A stretch of 64,000 nucleotides of DNA from Octopus sinensis (GCF_006345805.1 NC_043014.1:1736001-1800000); one strand, 5' to 3'. Positions 49,901 through 63,424 are shown, numbered from the stretch's first letter. Made by a program: numbers and translations. The notes: generated by a model not told the origin, from the letters alone.

Positions 49901-52863
49901 AGTGTGCCATCTGTAACACTGCTCAACAGCGGAGCCAAGCTTACACAGACATTAAGATGCTTCGTGGCATTTCATCTGCTCTGAGTTCAAATTCCGCCAA
50001 GGTTAACTTGGTCTTCCATCATCTTGGGGTTAATAAAATAAATACTACTTGAGTATTAGTGGGGGGGTCAATGTAATTGATTTAAACCCGCCCCCGAAAC
50101 TGCTCGCCTTGCACCAAAATTTGAATCACATTATTACAAACTGATATATTCAGATCAGAGCCCTGTTCTTGGTTGGTTTAATCACATTTCAAGGTTGTCT
50201 CCTTCAGCCTTCTTTAGGGACCATATTTAGCATGTTCTTGGAATTTGGAATAAAATCCTTTATTAAATCTACAGAAGTGGATGCAGGAGTGGCTGTGTGG
50301 TAAGTAGCTTGTTCACCAACCACATGGTTCCGGGTTCAGTCCCACTGCATGGCACCTTGGGCAAGTGTCTTCTACTATAGCTTTGGGTCGACCAAAGCCT
50401 TGTGAGTGGATTTGGTAGGCGGAAACTGAAAGAAGCCCTTTGTATATGTGTGTGTATGTGTGTGTGTGTGTGTGTGTCTGCGTTTGTCCTCCCCAGCATT
50501 GCTTGATAAGTGATGTTGGTGTGTTTACGTCCCACTAACTTAGCAGTTTGGCAAAAAAGACCAACAGAATAAGTACTAGGCTTACAAAGAATAAGTCCTG
50601 GGGTCGATTTCTTCAACTAAAGCCGCTGCTCCAGCATGGCTGCAGTCAAATGACTGAAACAAATAAAAGAAAATAGATAGTTCCCATTCTATTATCCATA
50701 CCAAGGTCATTCTTCTTCCAAGAATTATTCTTTCCCTCACCTTGTCCTTGAACCATAATATTCATTGTTTGACTGACCCAGATATTGAACTCAACACCCA
50801 CAAACAAATCGACTTTATCTAAAAAATATTTCTTTAAAATGAAGCCATGTTAAAGATAAAGATGTCGCAGATTAGAACAAGGTCACAGGTAAGGAAGGAG
50901 TAAGTGGCTGGTCTTTTCCGGCTTCAGGTAGAGCTCTCACCTGTGTTGACAGGTAAACTCCACAAAGATAAGCTATAATGGTTCAAGGTCAAGTTTAAAA
51001 AGTAACAAAGATAACAGGGAGTGCCGAGGGATGGCGGGGGGGGGGTTGACTGGGAGATAACAGTGTTCTATTAATACAGGTGGGTGAGAGTGGAGGTAAG
51101 GATCAGCCAGTTCATTGATAGATATGGAGAGAGGGGGAGGAGTTTGCCGGATGTATTTATAGATTGTTACAAATTGATAAACATCAATGTAAACAATTGT
51201 AGTTTTGAGGAAATAGGAAAGAAATGTCTTTGGGGAAGGGCATGTTTGGAGGTACAGTGGAATTAAATTTAACAGAAAACATTATGAATGGAAATCAGCA
51301 AGGAGGGAATGGATGTTAAAATGACAATACTGATGATGATGATGATGATGATACCATCATCAACAGGTGACCTTTATGAAAGAGGGGAAATAGTACAACC
51401 CGGAAGGACACTCACCCACCTCTTTTGTGTTGTTATTCAGGGTATCAGACAGACACTACATTGCACCTGAGATCAAATACTGCAGGACAAAGTGCGCAGT
51501 GTGGGTTCAATCTACACCAAACAGCCCCAAGTGTGATAGAATCCCCAAGCCCGGATCAAAACCATTATCCAACATATCCAGAATCCTGGGCCCCTAATGT
51601 GACACAAGATCAAAGGTTTTCGTGTTTATGCTAAAATCACAAACATTGGTGAGGCAGTTTAACCCTTTAGTATTTCATCCAGCCAGATCCAGCCTATCAC
51701 GCCTATCCTACAATGTCATTCCATAAATACATAATCTTTTCATAAAAATCTTGAAGCTTTGAGATAATGTAGGATCAATTCAAAAGGATGTAACTAAACA
51801 TACACATAACACTCTACAGAGTAATCCAAATGTTGAAGGGTCAATGGAGAAATATAAAAACAGAAGACAACCACAGTCACTCCCTCGACACATCGCAGTT
51901 TATTGCTTAAGCTTACGCCGATTCCTCTGTGGGGTTGCTTTGCAATTATAATAAAATAAATATATATACAGTACAGTACTGTTCCTACTTTGTGGATTTT
52001 CACTGATCGAGGGGTGTTTTGGAATGTAACACCCGCAATAGTTGAGGAATTACTGTATGACGATGGACATCAGTCACTCTCTGTATAAAGCTGAAGTTGT
52101 CTTCAGTGTATGGCAGGTTTGGTAGCCTTCAACTAACACTATCTCCTCTGAGACCCTACAGCACAAGTTGACCAAAATTGAGAGTATGATAGAAGAAGGC
52201 TTGCTCTTCCTTCCGTAGAAAAAAAAATTCAAATCGGACCATGCTAACACCAAAAATTATTTACATCAAAAAGGTGCTTTTTTTCCTATGAAAATCCCTT
52301 TTTTTTAACGATTCTTTGACTGCCATGTCGCCATTGTTCGGTGTCTTTCAACCAGAAAAATGTTCACTTAAAGAGAATAACAAGCTACATAATGCAAATT
52401 TTTACTTTTCAAAAATTCCAATTCTAAATGGTCGAAACAAACCCGAGCAACGCCGGGCAATACTGCTAGTAACTGGTAAAGACTGAGACACAAACAACAC
52501 CTACACACACAAACAAAGGAGAAATAGGCTCAAGACAAACAATCAACACAAATGTGTACAGACAGAGGTAAATAAGAGACAATGTTAAAAAAAGAAAGCA
52601 GGAGATATATTTACTTACCAAACTCTGCTTCTCCGCTTTACTCATCTTCTCATTTAGTTTCAGGTTTGCAGAACACATCATCGACTCCTCGACACTGAGA
52701 TGGGGCAGTAAATGGTCATCTTGCATGATATAACAAGACATTTTACGGAATGTTCTCAGGTTTCGTTCTTTGCCTTTAATCAAGATATCTCCGCTGACAT
52801 TAGAGGTCCTGTGGAAAACAACAACACGGTTTTACATATTTCATTTCCATCTCTCACACACAT

Positions 52864-52902
<39 letters not shown>

Positions 52903-53085
52903 CAAAATAAGAAAATGGAGGAATATATTTTAATCAATCATCAACTAGCAGATAATACCAATTCACATAATTTATTAACCAACTACATAGGAACATCCAG
53001 ATCAAACACAATAATAGAGTATATATACATATATATATATATATACACACACACAGAGGGTTGGCCAAAAGTCACCATATATATA

Positions 53086-53131
<46 letters not shown>

Positions 53132-54344
53132 GGGTTGGCCAAAACAACCCAACAGTGCATCAAAATTCCTTATCTGTAATTCTGTATTGATTCCAATGAA
53201 AAAATGTGTCACACAAGAAGGACTTCAGTTTGAACAATTTTCATGATGTTTTATATTTAGATGCTTTTATTAAATTCCTTCAGTTGTTAAACATAAATAA
53301 ATCTTGGAATTAAATGGTTTAGATTTACTGTCAGGTGACTTTTGGCCAACCCCGTAGATGTATTAACATTATCATCGTTTAACATCTGTTTTTCTATGCT
53401 GGCATGGGCTGGACATTCCCTTCATCAGTTGTCCCCTGCTTTATCTACTCTGCATTTCAAGCAGGGAACAACTGATGAAGGGAATGCTCTTTATGTCACC
53501 CCCGTCTCATTTCTCTATTTCTTTCTTTCGTTGTCAGAAAAAAAAGTTTGTTTTCCATGTTTTCATTTTTTGTTCTCGTTTCTCATTTTGCTCATGTGTT
53601 TTCTTTATGTCCTCTACCCACATATGCATGTATATATACATATACATGTAGGTATGTACATATATGTATGTATATATGCATATATTTATATATTATTTAT
53701 ATTATCATATGATCGAACGCCACGCATCCTCTTCCAAGTAAGTTTTATCTTATATATATATATATATATATTTGTTGCACCAGGGGAGAGTCATTCTGTT
53801 TTAATGCCTTATTAATTAACTCACTCACTAATTCGATTTACACTCATTCCCATTTTTTTGTTGGTTTTTGCAACCTTTTCAATAATTGTTGACTGTCCAT
53901 CATTGGAACTGCATTTGTTATGTTTGTTTGTGGGCATGAAGTGTGTATTAGCATGCAAACCCAAAAGAAAAAAAAAAATTGTGTATATCATATATATATA
54001 TATATATACACACAAACACACATATATACATATACAGGGTGTCCCTCCAACCATGTATACACTTTTTAACAACTGATACCTCATTTTTTGTTTTCGATTT
54101 ATCTCGTTAGAAATAATTTCAAATTATGGTCAGCCACTGAATGAGAATGCAAAGCAAATATCAAACAAAATATTTCTCGATGTTTGCCATTCTTTTGCAT
54201 CCTGTTAGCAGAAGTGCTCGGATCGGAAAAAACCCACCAGATTGAAAATAAGCATTCAGGAGAAAAAAAAAAAATGAACTGTATTTGAATAAACACTATC
54301 TTTGTAAGCATCGAGTGTCTATCTTTTTTAGGGGTAAGAGACAC

Positions 54345-54378
<34 letters not shown>

Positions 54379-54570
54379 TGTGTGTGTGTGTGTTATATAC
54401 ACACTCGCATATACACAAAACATCACAATTTTAATGTTGAAACTGAGTAGCAGCGACGTGAGTGAGGAGTTTTATTTTAATATACTCCTCACAACAGACT
54501 GAGTACTCAGTTATTACTCATTTGTAAGACAAAGAAAAATATGTGTATGATAGTGTGTGAGTGTATGACA

Positions 54571-54601
<31 letters not shown>

Positions 54602-55293
54602 TGCATGCATGTATGTATGTATGTACGTATGTATGTATTTCTGTGTGTATGTACGTTTGTATGTGTGTATATATGTATGTATGTATGTGTGTGTGTATGC
54701 ATGTGTGTGTATGTATGTATGTGTGTGTATGTATGTATGTATGTATGTATGTATATGTATGTATGTATGTGTGTATGTATGTGTGTGTGTGCGTATGTGT
54801 GTAAGAGTGGATGAGTGTGTGTGCGTGTGTGAAGTGAGTCAGAGTGAGGTGTGTAGGATTAAGTAGCTGAGACACATCCGAGAGACACAGATATCGGTTG
54901 TTGTTAATTATTGAAACATCACAGGACAAGTGGAAGATTCCATTTCAATTGTCACACATTACCCTCTCCTTCTCTCACCCACTCCACCACCACCACATAC
55001 ACCACTCAGTGTCTCTCTGCACCACCACCATCACACATAACTCTATCTTTCCCCTCTCACATATACGTCATTCTCTCCCTCTCTTACACACAATCACTGC
55101 TTCTCTCTCTCTCTCTCTCACACACACATCACTCAGTGCTTTACTCCGCCACCATCACCACCACACACCCTTGTGTCTCACACACACACACACACACCAC
55201 TCTTTCAGTCACATGCAACACCACACACACACACACACAAGCAAACACACACACACACACACACTCACACAAGCAAATACACACACACTCACA

Positions 55294-55328
<35 letters not shown>

Positions 55329-56634
55329 TCACTCACACACACAAACACACAAGCAAACACACACACACACACACACACACGTGCACGCACGCATTCCTGT
55401 CTGACAGTAGGACCCCTGCTTGATATTGTTCAGAGAGAACATCAAGTACAAACTGGTTAATTAACGATGACTTAATTACACAAATTGAGAACAAGGAAGG
55501 AGGGTTGTGATTCATGGCGGATAATAGAGAGAGGCTTTAGCAGCTTCAGCAGAAAAGGATTAAAACTCAGTGACAGCCTCAGCTGGAGCAACATCACATG
55601 AAAAGGACCTTAGTATATCACTGGTATTTGGGTTAAAAAAAAGGTGCTGGTGGTAGTGGGTATTGGTTGGAGAAATGAACCTCAATATATAACTGGTATT
55701 CTAGGAAGAGGTAGGGTATTGCTCTGCTGGGCCTTAGTATACAACTGGTATTTAGGTAAGAAGGTAGCTACTTGGACCTCGGTATACAGATGGTATTTAG
55801 GTAAGAGGGAAGGTATTGGTCTGTGGACTTGACCCCATTATATAACTGGTATTAAGGTAGGATTGGCTATTGATCCACTGGGCCAATAACAGCAGCAGTA
55901 ATTATTGTTCCTAACACAAAGGGCTTGAAATATGTATGAAGGGGTCAGCCAGTTATATCAACCCCAGTATTTTACTGTGCGTATATTTTAGTGACCCTGG
56001 AGGGGTGAACTATAAAGCTGAGGTTGGAACTCGTCATCCTATGCTTTAAGCGTGCCTTCAGGCAAGGCTTTTCTACAGCTGGATGCTCTTCCTATCACCA
56101 ACCAACAGTTTCCAAGGGAGGTAATAATCTCCCAGTTTATCCAAAGGACAAACAGCTCGGACAGGTTTTGTCTTTTACTTGTTTCAGTCATTAGACTGTG
56201 GCCATGCTGGGGCTCCGCCATGAAGAACTGTTAGTTGAATGAATCAAACCCAGTACTTTTTTTTTTCTTAAAGCTGGGTGCTTATTAGTCTCTTCTGCCA
56301 AACCGCTAAGTTATGGGGAGGTAAACACACCAACACCTCCCAGTAGTGAAGCAGTGGTGGCAGACAAACAGACATACACATACAATTTCTTTACTACCCC
56401 CAAGGGGCTAAACACACAGAGGACAAACAAGGACAGACGAAGGGATTAAGTCGATTACATCGACCCCAGAGCATAACTGGTACTTAATTTATCAACTCCG
56501 AAAGGATGAAAGGCAAAGTCGACCCCGGCGGAATTTGAACTCAGAACGTAGTGGTAGACAAAATATGGCTACGCATTTCGCCCGGTGTGCTAATGTTTCT
56601 GCCAGCTCGCCACTAAGCATTTTGCCTGGCATGC

Positions 56635-56668
<34 letters not shown>

Positions 56669-56856
56669 GTGACCTTCAAACAGGATTTGAGACAAACAAG
56701 AAGAAGTAGGGCACTTAATAACAACAGGAACAACATACCTGTATCCAGCAAGAATATTCATCAGTGAAGACTTGCCGGCCCCAGAAGGGCCCATAATGGC
56801 TGTCAGTTGACCGGAACAAAACTTTCCAGAAATACTTTTAAGAATAGTTTTTTTAT
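36339..56856 (-). CDS. ABCG1: ABC transporter subfamily G member (ABCG1/ABCG4-like, white family); exons 56856-56739, 52808-52619, 49547-49402, 48573-48450, 47600-47486, 46768-46413, 45437-45342, 44249-44081, 43013-42913, 41106-40951, 38395-38277, 36564-36339
   Basis: Walker [11 protein letters not shown]-loop YIMQDD, signature LSGGQRKR, Walker B MFFDEPTSGLD, H-loop TIHQP, NPADF motif and ABC2 TM domain ([22 protein letters not shown]). All phases join. N-terminal exon(s) not found in the window. Confidence 0.95.
38277..38395 (-). CDS. ABCG1: ABCG exon ([40 protein letters not shown])
   Basis: LLFSGFFV motif. Confidence 0.96.
39665..40552. mobile_element. Tigger/pogo-like MITE interrupted by a SINE; shorter relative at 51874-52056
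   Basis: CA(G/A)TAATCCCT ... AGGGATTACTG|TA ends; shared TTCACCTATCGC motif. Confidence 0.55.
40951..41106 (-). CDS. ABCG1: ABCG exon ([18 protein letters not shown]...[10 protein letters not shown])
   Basis: IVYWMTSQP motif. Confidence 0.95.
41308..41800 (+). mobile_element. 3' end of a second RTE-like LINE family
   Basis: IWSS...[10 protein letters not shown]...FAGHC...DREVW; stop directly followed by a GAT-repeat tail. Confidence 0.85.
41894..42526. repeat. 26-bp minisatellite GAGATGTAAGGAGCGTAGTAATGAT(A/G), ~24 copies
   Basis: Directly visible homogeneous tandem array in an ABCG intron. Confidence 0.97.
42913..43013 (-). CDS. ABCG1: ABCG exon ([34 protein letters not shown])
   Basis: Highly conserved ABCG1/4 segment. 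Confidence 0.96.
44081..44249 (-). CDS. ABCG1: ABCG exon, TM1-2 ([31 protein letters not shown]...ALMPTILT)
   Basis: [12 protein letters not shown] motif. Confidence 0.96.
45342..45437 (-). CDS. ABCG1: ABCG exon ([32 protein letters not shown])
   Basis: TQFxILFxRTF motif. Confidence 0.94.
46413..46768 (-). CDS. ABCG1: ABCG linker exon ([10 protein letters not shown]...TKAD)
   Basis: EVAxGEYG motif at start; open for 356 nt to a GAT|gtaagt donor; phase fits the next exon. Confidence 0.85.
46875..46904 (-). ncRNA. Hammerhead catalytic core
   Basis: CTGATGA A GGAC aact GTCT GAAA CG TC; canonical core and GUC site, but stem I pairs poorly. Confidence 0.45.
47486..47600 (-). CDS. ABCG1: ABCG exon ([13 protein letters not shown]...[10 protein letters not shown])
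   Basis: ABCG NPADF motif. Confidence 0.95.
47727..47947. mobile_element. piggyBac-type MITE family 2, copy 2
   Basis: TTAA-flanked; near-identical to 13412-13633. Confidence 0.85.
48450..48573 (-). CDS. ABCG1: ABCG exon ([10 protein letters not shown]...[21 protein letters not shown])
   Basis: D-loop and H-loop motifs. Confidence 0.96.
49402..49547 (-). CDS. ABCG1: ABCG exon, signature and Walker B ([28 protein letters not shown])
   Basis: ABC signature; ccag| and AG|gtaaa sites. Confidence 0.96.
52078..52469 (+). mobile_element. Non-autonomous Helitron-like element, copy 2
   Basis: Starts TC...TATAAAGCTGAAG; ends CCCGAGCAACGCCGGG hairpin, 9 nt, then CTAG|T. Confidence 0.75.
52619..52808 (-). 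CDS. ABCG1: ABCG exon, Q-loop ([31 protein letters not shown]...KQSL)
   Basis: [12 protein letters not shown] motif; canonical splice sites. Confidence 0.95.
53053..53356. mobile_element. Tc1/mariner-type MITE
   Basis: GGGTTGGCCAAAAGTCACC ... GGTGACTTTTGGCCAACCC; left end partly duplicated at 53129. Confidence 0.7.
54541..55382. repeat. (ATGT)n/(GT)n tract followed by (CA)n-rich tract
   Basis: Direct. Confidence 0.9.
55598..55886. repeat. ~290-bp segment with an inverted copy at 61162-61452
   Basis: The two segments are reverse complements; both are built of degenerate ~45-bp units containing ACTGGTATTTAGGTAAG. Confidence 0.9.
56739..56856 (-). CDS. ABCG1: ABCG exon, Walker A ([39 protein letters not shown])
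   Basis: gcag| acceptor, AG|gtatg donor; 118 nt. Confidence 0.95.
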
Positions 56857-57090
56857 CTGCAAAAATAAATAAGAGAGGATAAAAATAGTTTAAAAGCAAA
56901 AAAGAAAAGAGAAAAAAGAACAGAAATGGAATAGAAAGAAGACAAAGAACTGTATTGAATGCTACAAAAATGTGTACTGAATATAGAACAACAACAATGA
57001 CAAACGTTTATACAACAGACAATTCAACAAACACCACTGGGAAATTATTGTTGTATTGCGTGTTGTGTAGGAGGGTGTATGTATGTTTGT

Positions 57091-57825
57091 AGAGGGGTGC
57101 ATTAAGGTATTTGAGGACAGCTTTTTTTGGGTCATTGCTGCATTTTTTGCTAACTTTGTATTATGTTTGTTTCAGAAAATAATAATGGCAGACCTTCAGC
57201 TTACTCAGGAAATGAAGAGGCATGATGTTATTGTGGTTATAAAGGCTGAGCATAGCAATTTAGAAATATCTCGATTTTTTAAAAGTTGCCAGATTTTTCG
57301 TCTGCAAAGTTTGTAAGGAGTTAGAGACTGAAGATGAAAACGTATCATCAGTATCAAAGCATAAAAAGCATTCTAAACGCTCTGAAATCAGCAGAACACT
57401 TGAATTCATCCACCAAGTTCAACAGATCATTGATTACAATCCCAGAAATCCCATGAGGTCAGTTGCAAAAGTTCTCCATGTGTCAGAAGGGACAGTCAGA
57501 AATGTTGTCCACGAAGACATCAGATATGTCTTATATGATGAGGAAAGGTCAATTTGTCAGAAAAAACAAAAGAAAATCACTACATCAGATCTAAAAGGCT
57601 CTTAAACAAACTGAAAAATCCAGCAGCAGATTTGATTTGGTTTTTCTCAAATGAGAAAAACTTTGACCAAGATCAAAAAGTAACAGAAAAAATGACAGAT
57701 GGTTAAGTGTAGACCCTTCTAAAGTTCCAAGTGTTATGCATACAAAATTTCCTGCAACTGTCATGGTTTTAGAGGTTGTCAGCAATGAAGGACATGTGAT
57801 GCCTCCTTACTTCTTTCCTTAGAGT
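57091..57825 (+). pseudogene. Tc1/mariner-superfamily transposase relic
   Basis: Frameshifted MKRHDVIV...HTH-like (MRSVAKVLHVSEGTVRNVV), WFFS(D/N)EKNF, NDRWL, TKFPATVMV..VVSNEGHVMPP.FF. Confidence 0.85.
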
Positions 57826-59205
57826 TAACTTCCCCTATCTTGCAATCTCCATCATCTCTATGCAAGATGCTTTTTTCTTTCTCTTTTTTTATTTTTTCCA
57901 TTCTTCCCCATAAGGGCCACACCTGAGAGGGTTAACTTACAGGGCATCAATTCATACCCACAAGTGTTTTGTGTAAGTTGAGATGGTTAACTCACTGCGC
58001 ACGTGCTGATAGGACAGTATCCTATCCAGTGACATAATAACCTCACATCAACACAACACTGAAATAGGACACAGGCTGCAGAGGACCATCCTTAATTGCT
58101 GGTTCCCTCGTTAATTTAAAAACTGATATTTTAGCTTTCTCTTCAACACAGACGGCGTGCAGCAGACATGGCAAGTTATAGCCTGTTGCACTACGGTGAT
58201 GCACAATTGCACAGCATTGCAGGCCAGTGCAACAGGGACAACCAGTTCTCAATGTGTTGTTCCACATAACCATCAATTTAAGATTTCGGTTGGTGTAATT
58301 AGTTTAATTAAAATACTTGAAGTTTTAGTCAAGACGGAAGTGAGCCAAGAACCGGTCAGTACAGTGTGTATACACACACACACATACATGCATGCACACA
58401 CACATGCATACACACACACACGCACACACACACATACTCCCACACACACATACACACATGCATGCACATTCACACACACACACGCACACTCACACATAGT
58501 TTCGTAATAACAGACCTCATTTAAATTCACAAAAATTCATTGAACTTTTTCTTAATTCCCAACAAAAATCTGATAACATTCATATATTTCTTTGGCAGAG
58601 TTTATAAACCAATTCCCCAGACCCTTTCTTCTGGAATGGTTTACTTCCTAAACTGAATCCCTAAATAGCTATTTCCCAACAGGGTTACATTAACAGCCAA
58701 ATTCCAAGAATTATTCTTTACTTTTCCCAAAAATGATATTCCATTTATAATCCAATGTTTCTGCTTCGTTACCCTCGTGGGACAAATTAATTTAATCTGG
58801 CACAAATGGTTATTTTTCTGCTAAAATTCATTGAATTTTTTCCTTTCCCAAACCATTGATGTTTAATTTTTATGAGAACAAAAGGTAACGACTTTCCAAC
58901 CAAAAAGTGCCACCAATTCTGAGAACAAGAACAAAAGAACCAATCTCTCCAAGAATCCGTAGAATGTTTTCTGCATCACACAACACACAGCTGTGTTTAC
59001 CGTTGTTGTTGTTTTTATGTCTGGTTTTTCTGTGATGGATTGGGTTGAACCAAACTAATCAAAGCAATATTCCACGGCCATGAAAAGGTTGCAAGATGCA
59101 ATGAAAATTTTAGGAGAATAAAAATAAGAAATAAGTGGAAATTTTACTGGTGAGTATGTTAAATCATAAGGTACAAAAAGAAAACGACTCTCCTCAGACA
59201 CAACA

Positions 59206-59260
<55 letters not shown>

Positions 59261-62200
59261 TTTTGTTTCTATGTATAATTATAAATTATAACAAAAGAAA
59301 CACTCAAACATCAACAAACACTAATTGAAAGATCATTGAATACTTTTCTGAAAAATAGATTTATTTTCACAAGGCAAAGACTGACAGTGACTCAGAAGTT
59401 TTTTTTCTTAGTAAAACTTGGAATTCATTTTTCCTTGCACACAAACACACAATCGGCTGCCATAGTTTCCACAAATCATATTTCTACCTAATTTCATTCA
59501 GGCATTGGTCAACTCGAAAATAGAATGAAAGACCTGCCCAAGGTGGCACACAGTGGGACAAAACCTGCGTGTGCTGAAGAATCAAACTTCTTAATGGCAC
59601 ACAGCAATGTCTGTGAGTTGGAGGCAAGACAGACCCATGGCAGAGGGGGGGGGAATGATTCAGGCTCATTAAATTGACACTGGCCATGCTTGTTTCCATC
59701 AAACTTGAGGATTTTGACTTTGGTCAAAGATCTCAAGGCTCATGTGGTGACATGTGCTGAAGAAAGAATGAGAAGGATGGTGTATTACAAACCCATCCAA
59801 CCTACGTTAATAGAATGCGGATTCTAAACAAATGTAGTCAAGTGGTCACTTACAGCAGAAGTGGACAGAAAGACATGACCACAAGGCACAATCAGACGAA
59901 ATGACAAACAGACAGGCGCAGGAGTGGCTGTGTGGTAAGTAGCTTGCTAACCAACCACATGGTTCCGGGTTCAGTCCCACTGCGTGGCATCTTGCGCAAG
60001 TGTCTTCTGCTATAGCCCCGGGCCGACCAAAGCCTTGTGAGTGGATTTGGTAGATGGAAACTGAAAGAAGCCTGTCGTATATATGTATATATATGTGTGT
60101 GTGTGTATGTTTGTGTGTCTGTGTTTGTCCCCCTAGCATTGCTTGACAACCGATGCTGGTGTGTTTATGTCTCCGTTACTTAGCGGTTTGGCAAAAGAGA
60201 CCGTTAGAATAAGTACTGGGCTTACAAAAGAATAAGTCCCGGGGTCGATTTGCTCGACTAAAGGCGGTGCTCCAGCATGGCCGCAGTCAAATGACTGAAA
60301 CAAGTAAAAGAGTAAAGAGTAGAGTAGACACACACACACACAGTGAACAACCATCTTTCTATTTCTATCTACCAAATCCAGTGACAGGGAAATTTGTTTA
60401 GGCCCAGAGCTGTAGCAGTAGAGGATGTTCAGCCCCAGTGCCCTGCAGTGGGACTGGGGCCAAAACTATGAACCTGGAAGGGCAACGTTCTTTAATCGCA
60501 GTCATTCCTGCATAGAAAGTGGAACAAAAACAAAGATGAGAATGATACACACACACACACACACCAAGCCAATAATATAGATAGATATGCAAATGTGTGT
60601 GTGTGTGTGTGTAAATATATATATGTGCCACTCAACCATAAACACTGCTATATAGGCCATCTATTAAATAACACCACTTAAGATTGGTGTGGTGTGTAAA
60701 AACAAATTTCTATATATAAACATCAAAACATTGGCTATATACACACCTAAATACACACACACACACACATTAGAGGAAGATCACATTACTCAACTCATTC
60801 TGCATGGGGAGAGGGGAGAGGAGGGGGAGACAAATCAGGAAACTGAACGTTCTCCAGTGGAAACTAACAAAACACTGAAGTAGTAGTAGTAGCAGCAGCA
60901 GCAGCATAGATTGTGGTGGCAGTTGTAATAGCAGAGAATGGTAAGAACAACAACTACAGCAGTGGCGGTGGTGGTGATGGTGGTGGTGGTGGTGGTGGTG
61001 ATGGTGGCATCGTTAACACCTCTAAAACAAATATCTTAATTAATGACATGAAATCTAGGCAAATCTTAACGAGGGCCTTTGTCACCGTTGCTCTTTGAAA
61101 ACATCAATTAAATACCAGCTATGTACTGGGGTCCAAGTACAGATCCTCTTACCTAAATACTTTGGCCCAGTGGACCAATAGCCAATCTTATCTTAATACC
61201 AGTTATATAATGGGGCCAAGTCCACTGACCAATACCTTCCCTCTTACCTAAATACCATCTGTATACCGAGGTCCAAGTAGCTACCTTCTTACCTAAATAC
61301 CAGTTGTATACTAGGGCCCAGCAGAGCAATACCCACCCTCTTCCCAGAATACCAGCTATATACTGGGGTCCGTTTCTCCAACCAATACCCACTAGTACCA
61401 GCACCTTTTTTTTTTTACCCAAATACCAGTGATATACTAAGGTCCTTTTCATACTTCCATGTATTTTTTCTGCCACATTGTAAACAATCCCACCACGACC
61501 ACCACTGCCACTATTTGCTGTATTCGTAACAATAAACATATCAAAGTGATGTAGTGGTGTTCAACCCAGTACAGGACATGCATTGTAATACATCCTTGAA
61601 GAAGAAGAAGAAGAAGAAGAAGAAGAGAAGAAGAAGAAGAAGAAAGAAGAAGAAGAAAAAGAAGAAGACTGGTAACAGCTGTAAATAACAGTACTACAAC
61701 AACAACAACAGATTAATTAATTAAGCTGATTAGTGAGGCATCATCATCCAGCTGTTGCTGTTAATGATGATGATGATGATGATGATGTCACTTGTGATGA
61801 TGATGATATAACTTGTGCGGTTGCTACTGTTGCCACTGCTGCTCTTTATGTATAAGAAATAGGTTGTTTATATCTTCCTGGTCACCACTCCTGCTACTAC
61901 TGATAATGTGTCTATGGTGATGGCCATCACAATGACCGCCACCACCACCACTACAACAAGTACCACTATGGTGGTACTAGTTGTATTACACCACCACAAT
62001 AAAAAACGACACCACAACTACAACCAATACTACTACTGCTACTACCACTACAATATATATACACACACACACATACAGAGAGAGAGAGAGGGGGAATCAG
62101 TGCAACACATCCCTTACTGATAAACAGCAACCTTGAGTTCAAATTCCACCAAGGTCAACTTTGCCCTTCATCCTTTTGGGGTCGATAAATTAAGTAACAG

Positions 62201-62295
62201 TTGCATACTGGGGTCAATCTAATCAACAGCCCACTCCCCAAAAATTTGGGGCCTTGTGACGAGAGTAGAACAGGATACACAGCAGCTCCCCCTAC

Positions 62296-62590
62296 AAGTT
62301 CTTCACTCCTGCTCCAGAGCGTCGGCTGCGGGGTCACTCCGAAAAGGTCTATCCGCGACAATTTCATCTCAATCGAAGGAGAGGGGCTTTCTCCGTCCGG
62401 GTTGCGGATCCGTGGAATAAGCTGCCGGATGAGATAGTGAAGATGCCGACGACCGCTCGGTTCAAAGTCTCCCTTGACCACAAGTGGCCTGAACTCTTTA
62501 CATGAACACCACCCTGTACATAACTCCATGTCCCCCTACATGGCCTTGCTTTTTGCTTTTTGAGCCATAAAATTAACTAACTAACTAATT
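62296..62590 (+). mobile_element. CR1/L2-type LINE 3' fragment
   Basis: 62296-62505 translates RLRGHSEKVY...RRGAFSVRVADPWNKLPDEIV...FKVSLD, the typical CR1-group ORF2 C-terminus; short 3' UTR and (AACT)n tail. Confidence 0.85.
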
Positions 62591-63257
62591 CCACATGACA
62601 CATCAGAGTGTGAAGTGTTCAGACGCAAGCAAGGCAGCTCAGTGGGTGGAATTGGGAAATCATATGATAGAAGGCTTTAGGGCTGCTCCAAAATGAGATC
62701 CTGGTCAGGTCAACCTGGTCCTGTCAGCCCTTTCTGGGTCAATAGAGATAAATGAATGGAAAGGTATATTCGATGGAATCAAACCCTTTCACCCTGCATC
62801 TCTAAACAGAGCATGCATCGACACCGCAGGACAAGATGCAGCAGTGCACAACAAGAAGGAGTTTGAAGAGGAGGATGAAGAGGAAGTGTTTAAGTGTCAG
62901 TTGTTTGGTGTTACTGACTACTGTGAAGTAGATGCAGCATCCAACCATCATTTACACCTGTGGTACCTACTTCCGGCCAGGTAGACTGCACAGCTGAGTC
63001 ATAAGCTGATGGTTCAATACACGAATTGATTGGTTAAGTCAGCCATCACATCTGTATGAAGATTAAAAAAACACACATACACACACACACACACGGATGT
63101 GGGTGTGTGGGGGTGTAGTGGACATGAGTATGTCACTGTCCTCATCCATGTCTACATGCATATCGTTTGATTTGTTGTCTCCATGTTAAAACAACTGTAA
63201 ACCTTGAAATAAAGGAATTCATGCAACACCAGCTACTTTGTTCTTCACTTATCACTA

Positions 63258-63267
63258 TGTGTGTGTG

Positions 63268-63318
<51 letters not shown>

Positions 63319-63319
63319 C

Positions 63320-63390
<71 letters not shown>

Positions 63391-63420
63391 CAGACAGATA
63401 GATAGATAGATATAGATATA
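63258..63420. repeat. Compound (TG)(TA)(GA)(GATA)n microsatellite
   Basis: Direct. Confidence 0.95.
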
Positions 63421-63424
63421 AACA

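Noticed and set aside
54507-55460. His/Thr- and Cys/Val/Met-rich ORFs
   Set aside because: Translations of (CA)n and (ATGT)n microsatellites.
58043-58300. Unique-looking stretch as the missing ABCG N-terminal exon
   Set aside because: No recognisable ABCG motif and no convincing phase-compatible splice sites.
62155-62529. GC-rich - strand ORF as a possible upstream ABCG exon
   Set aside because: The + strand frame is a CR1-type LINE C-terminus; no ABCG similarity.
62733-62984. ~80-codon ATG-less open frame (…KKEFEEEDEEEVF…)
   Set aside because: No recognisable homology or acceptor; ends in a repeat-like tail; probably chance.
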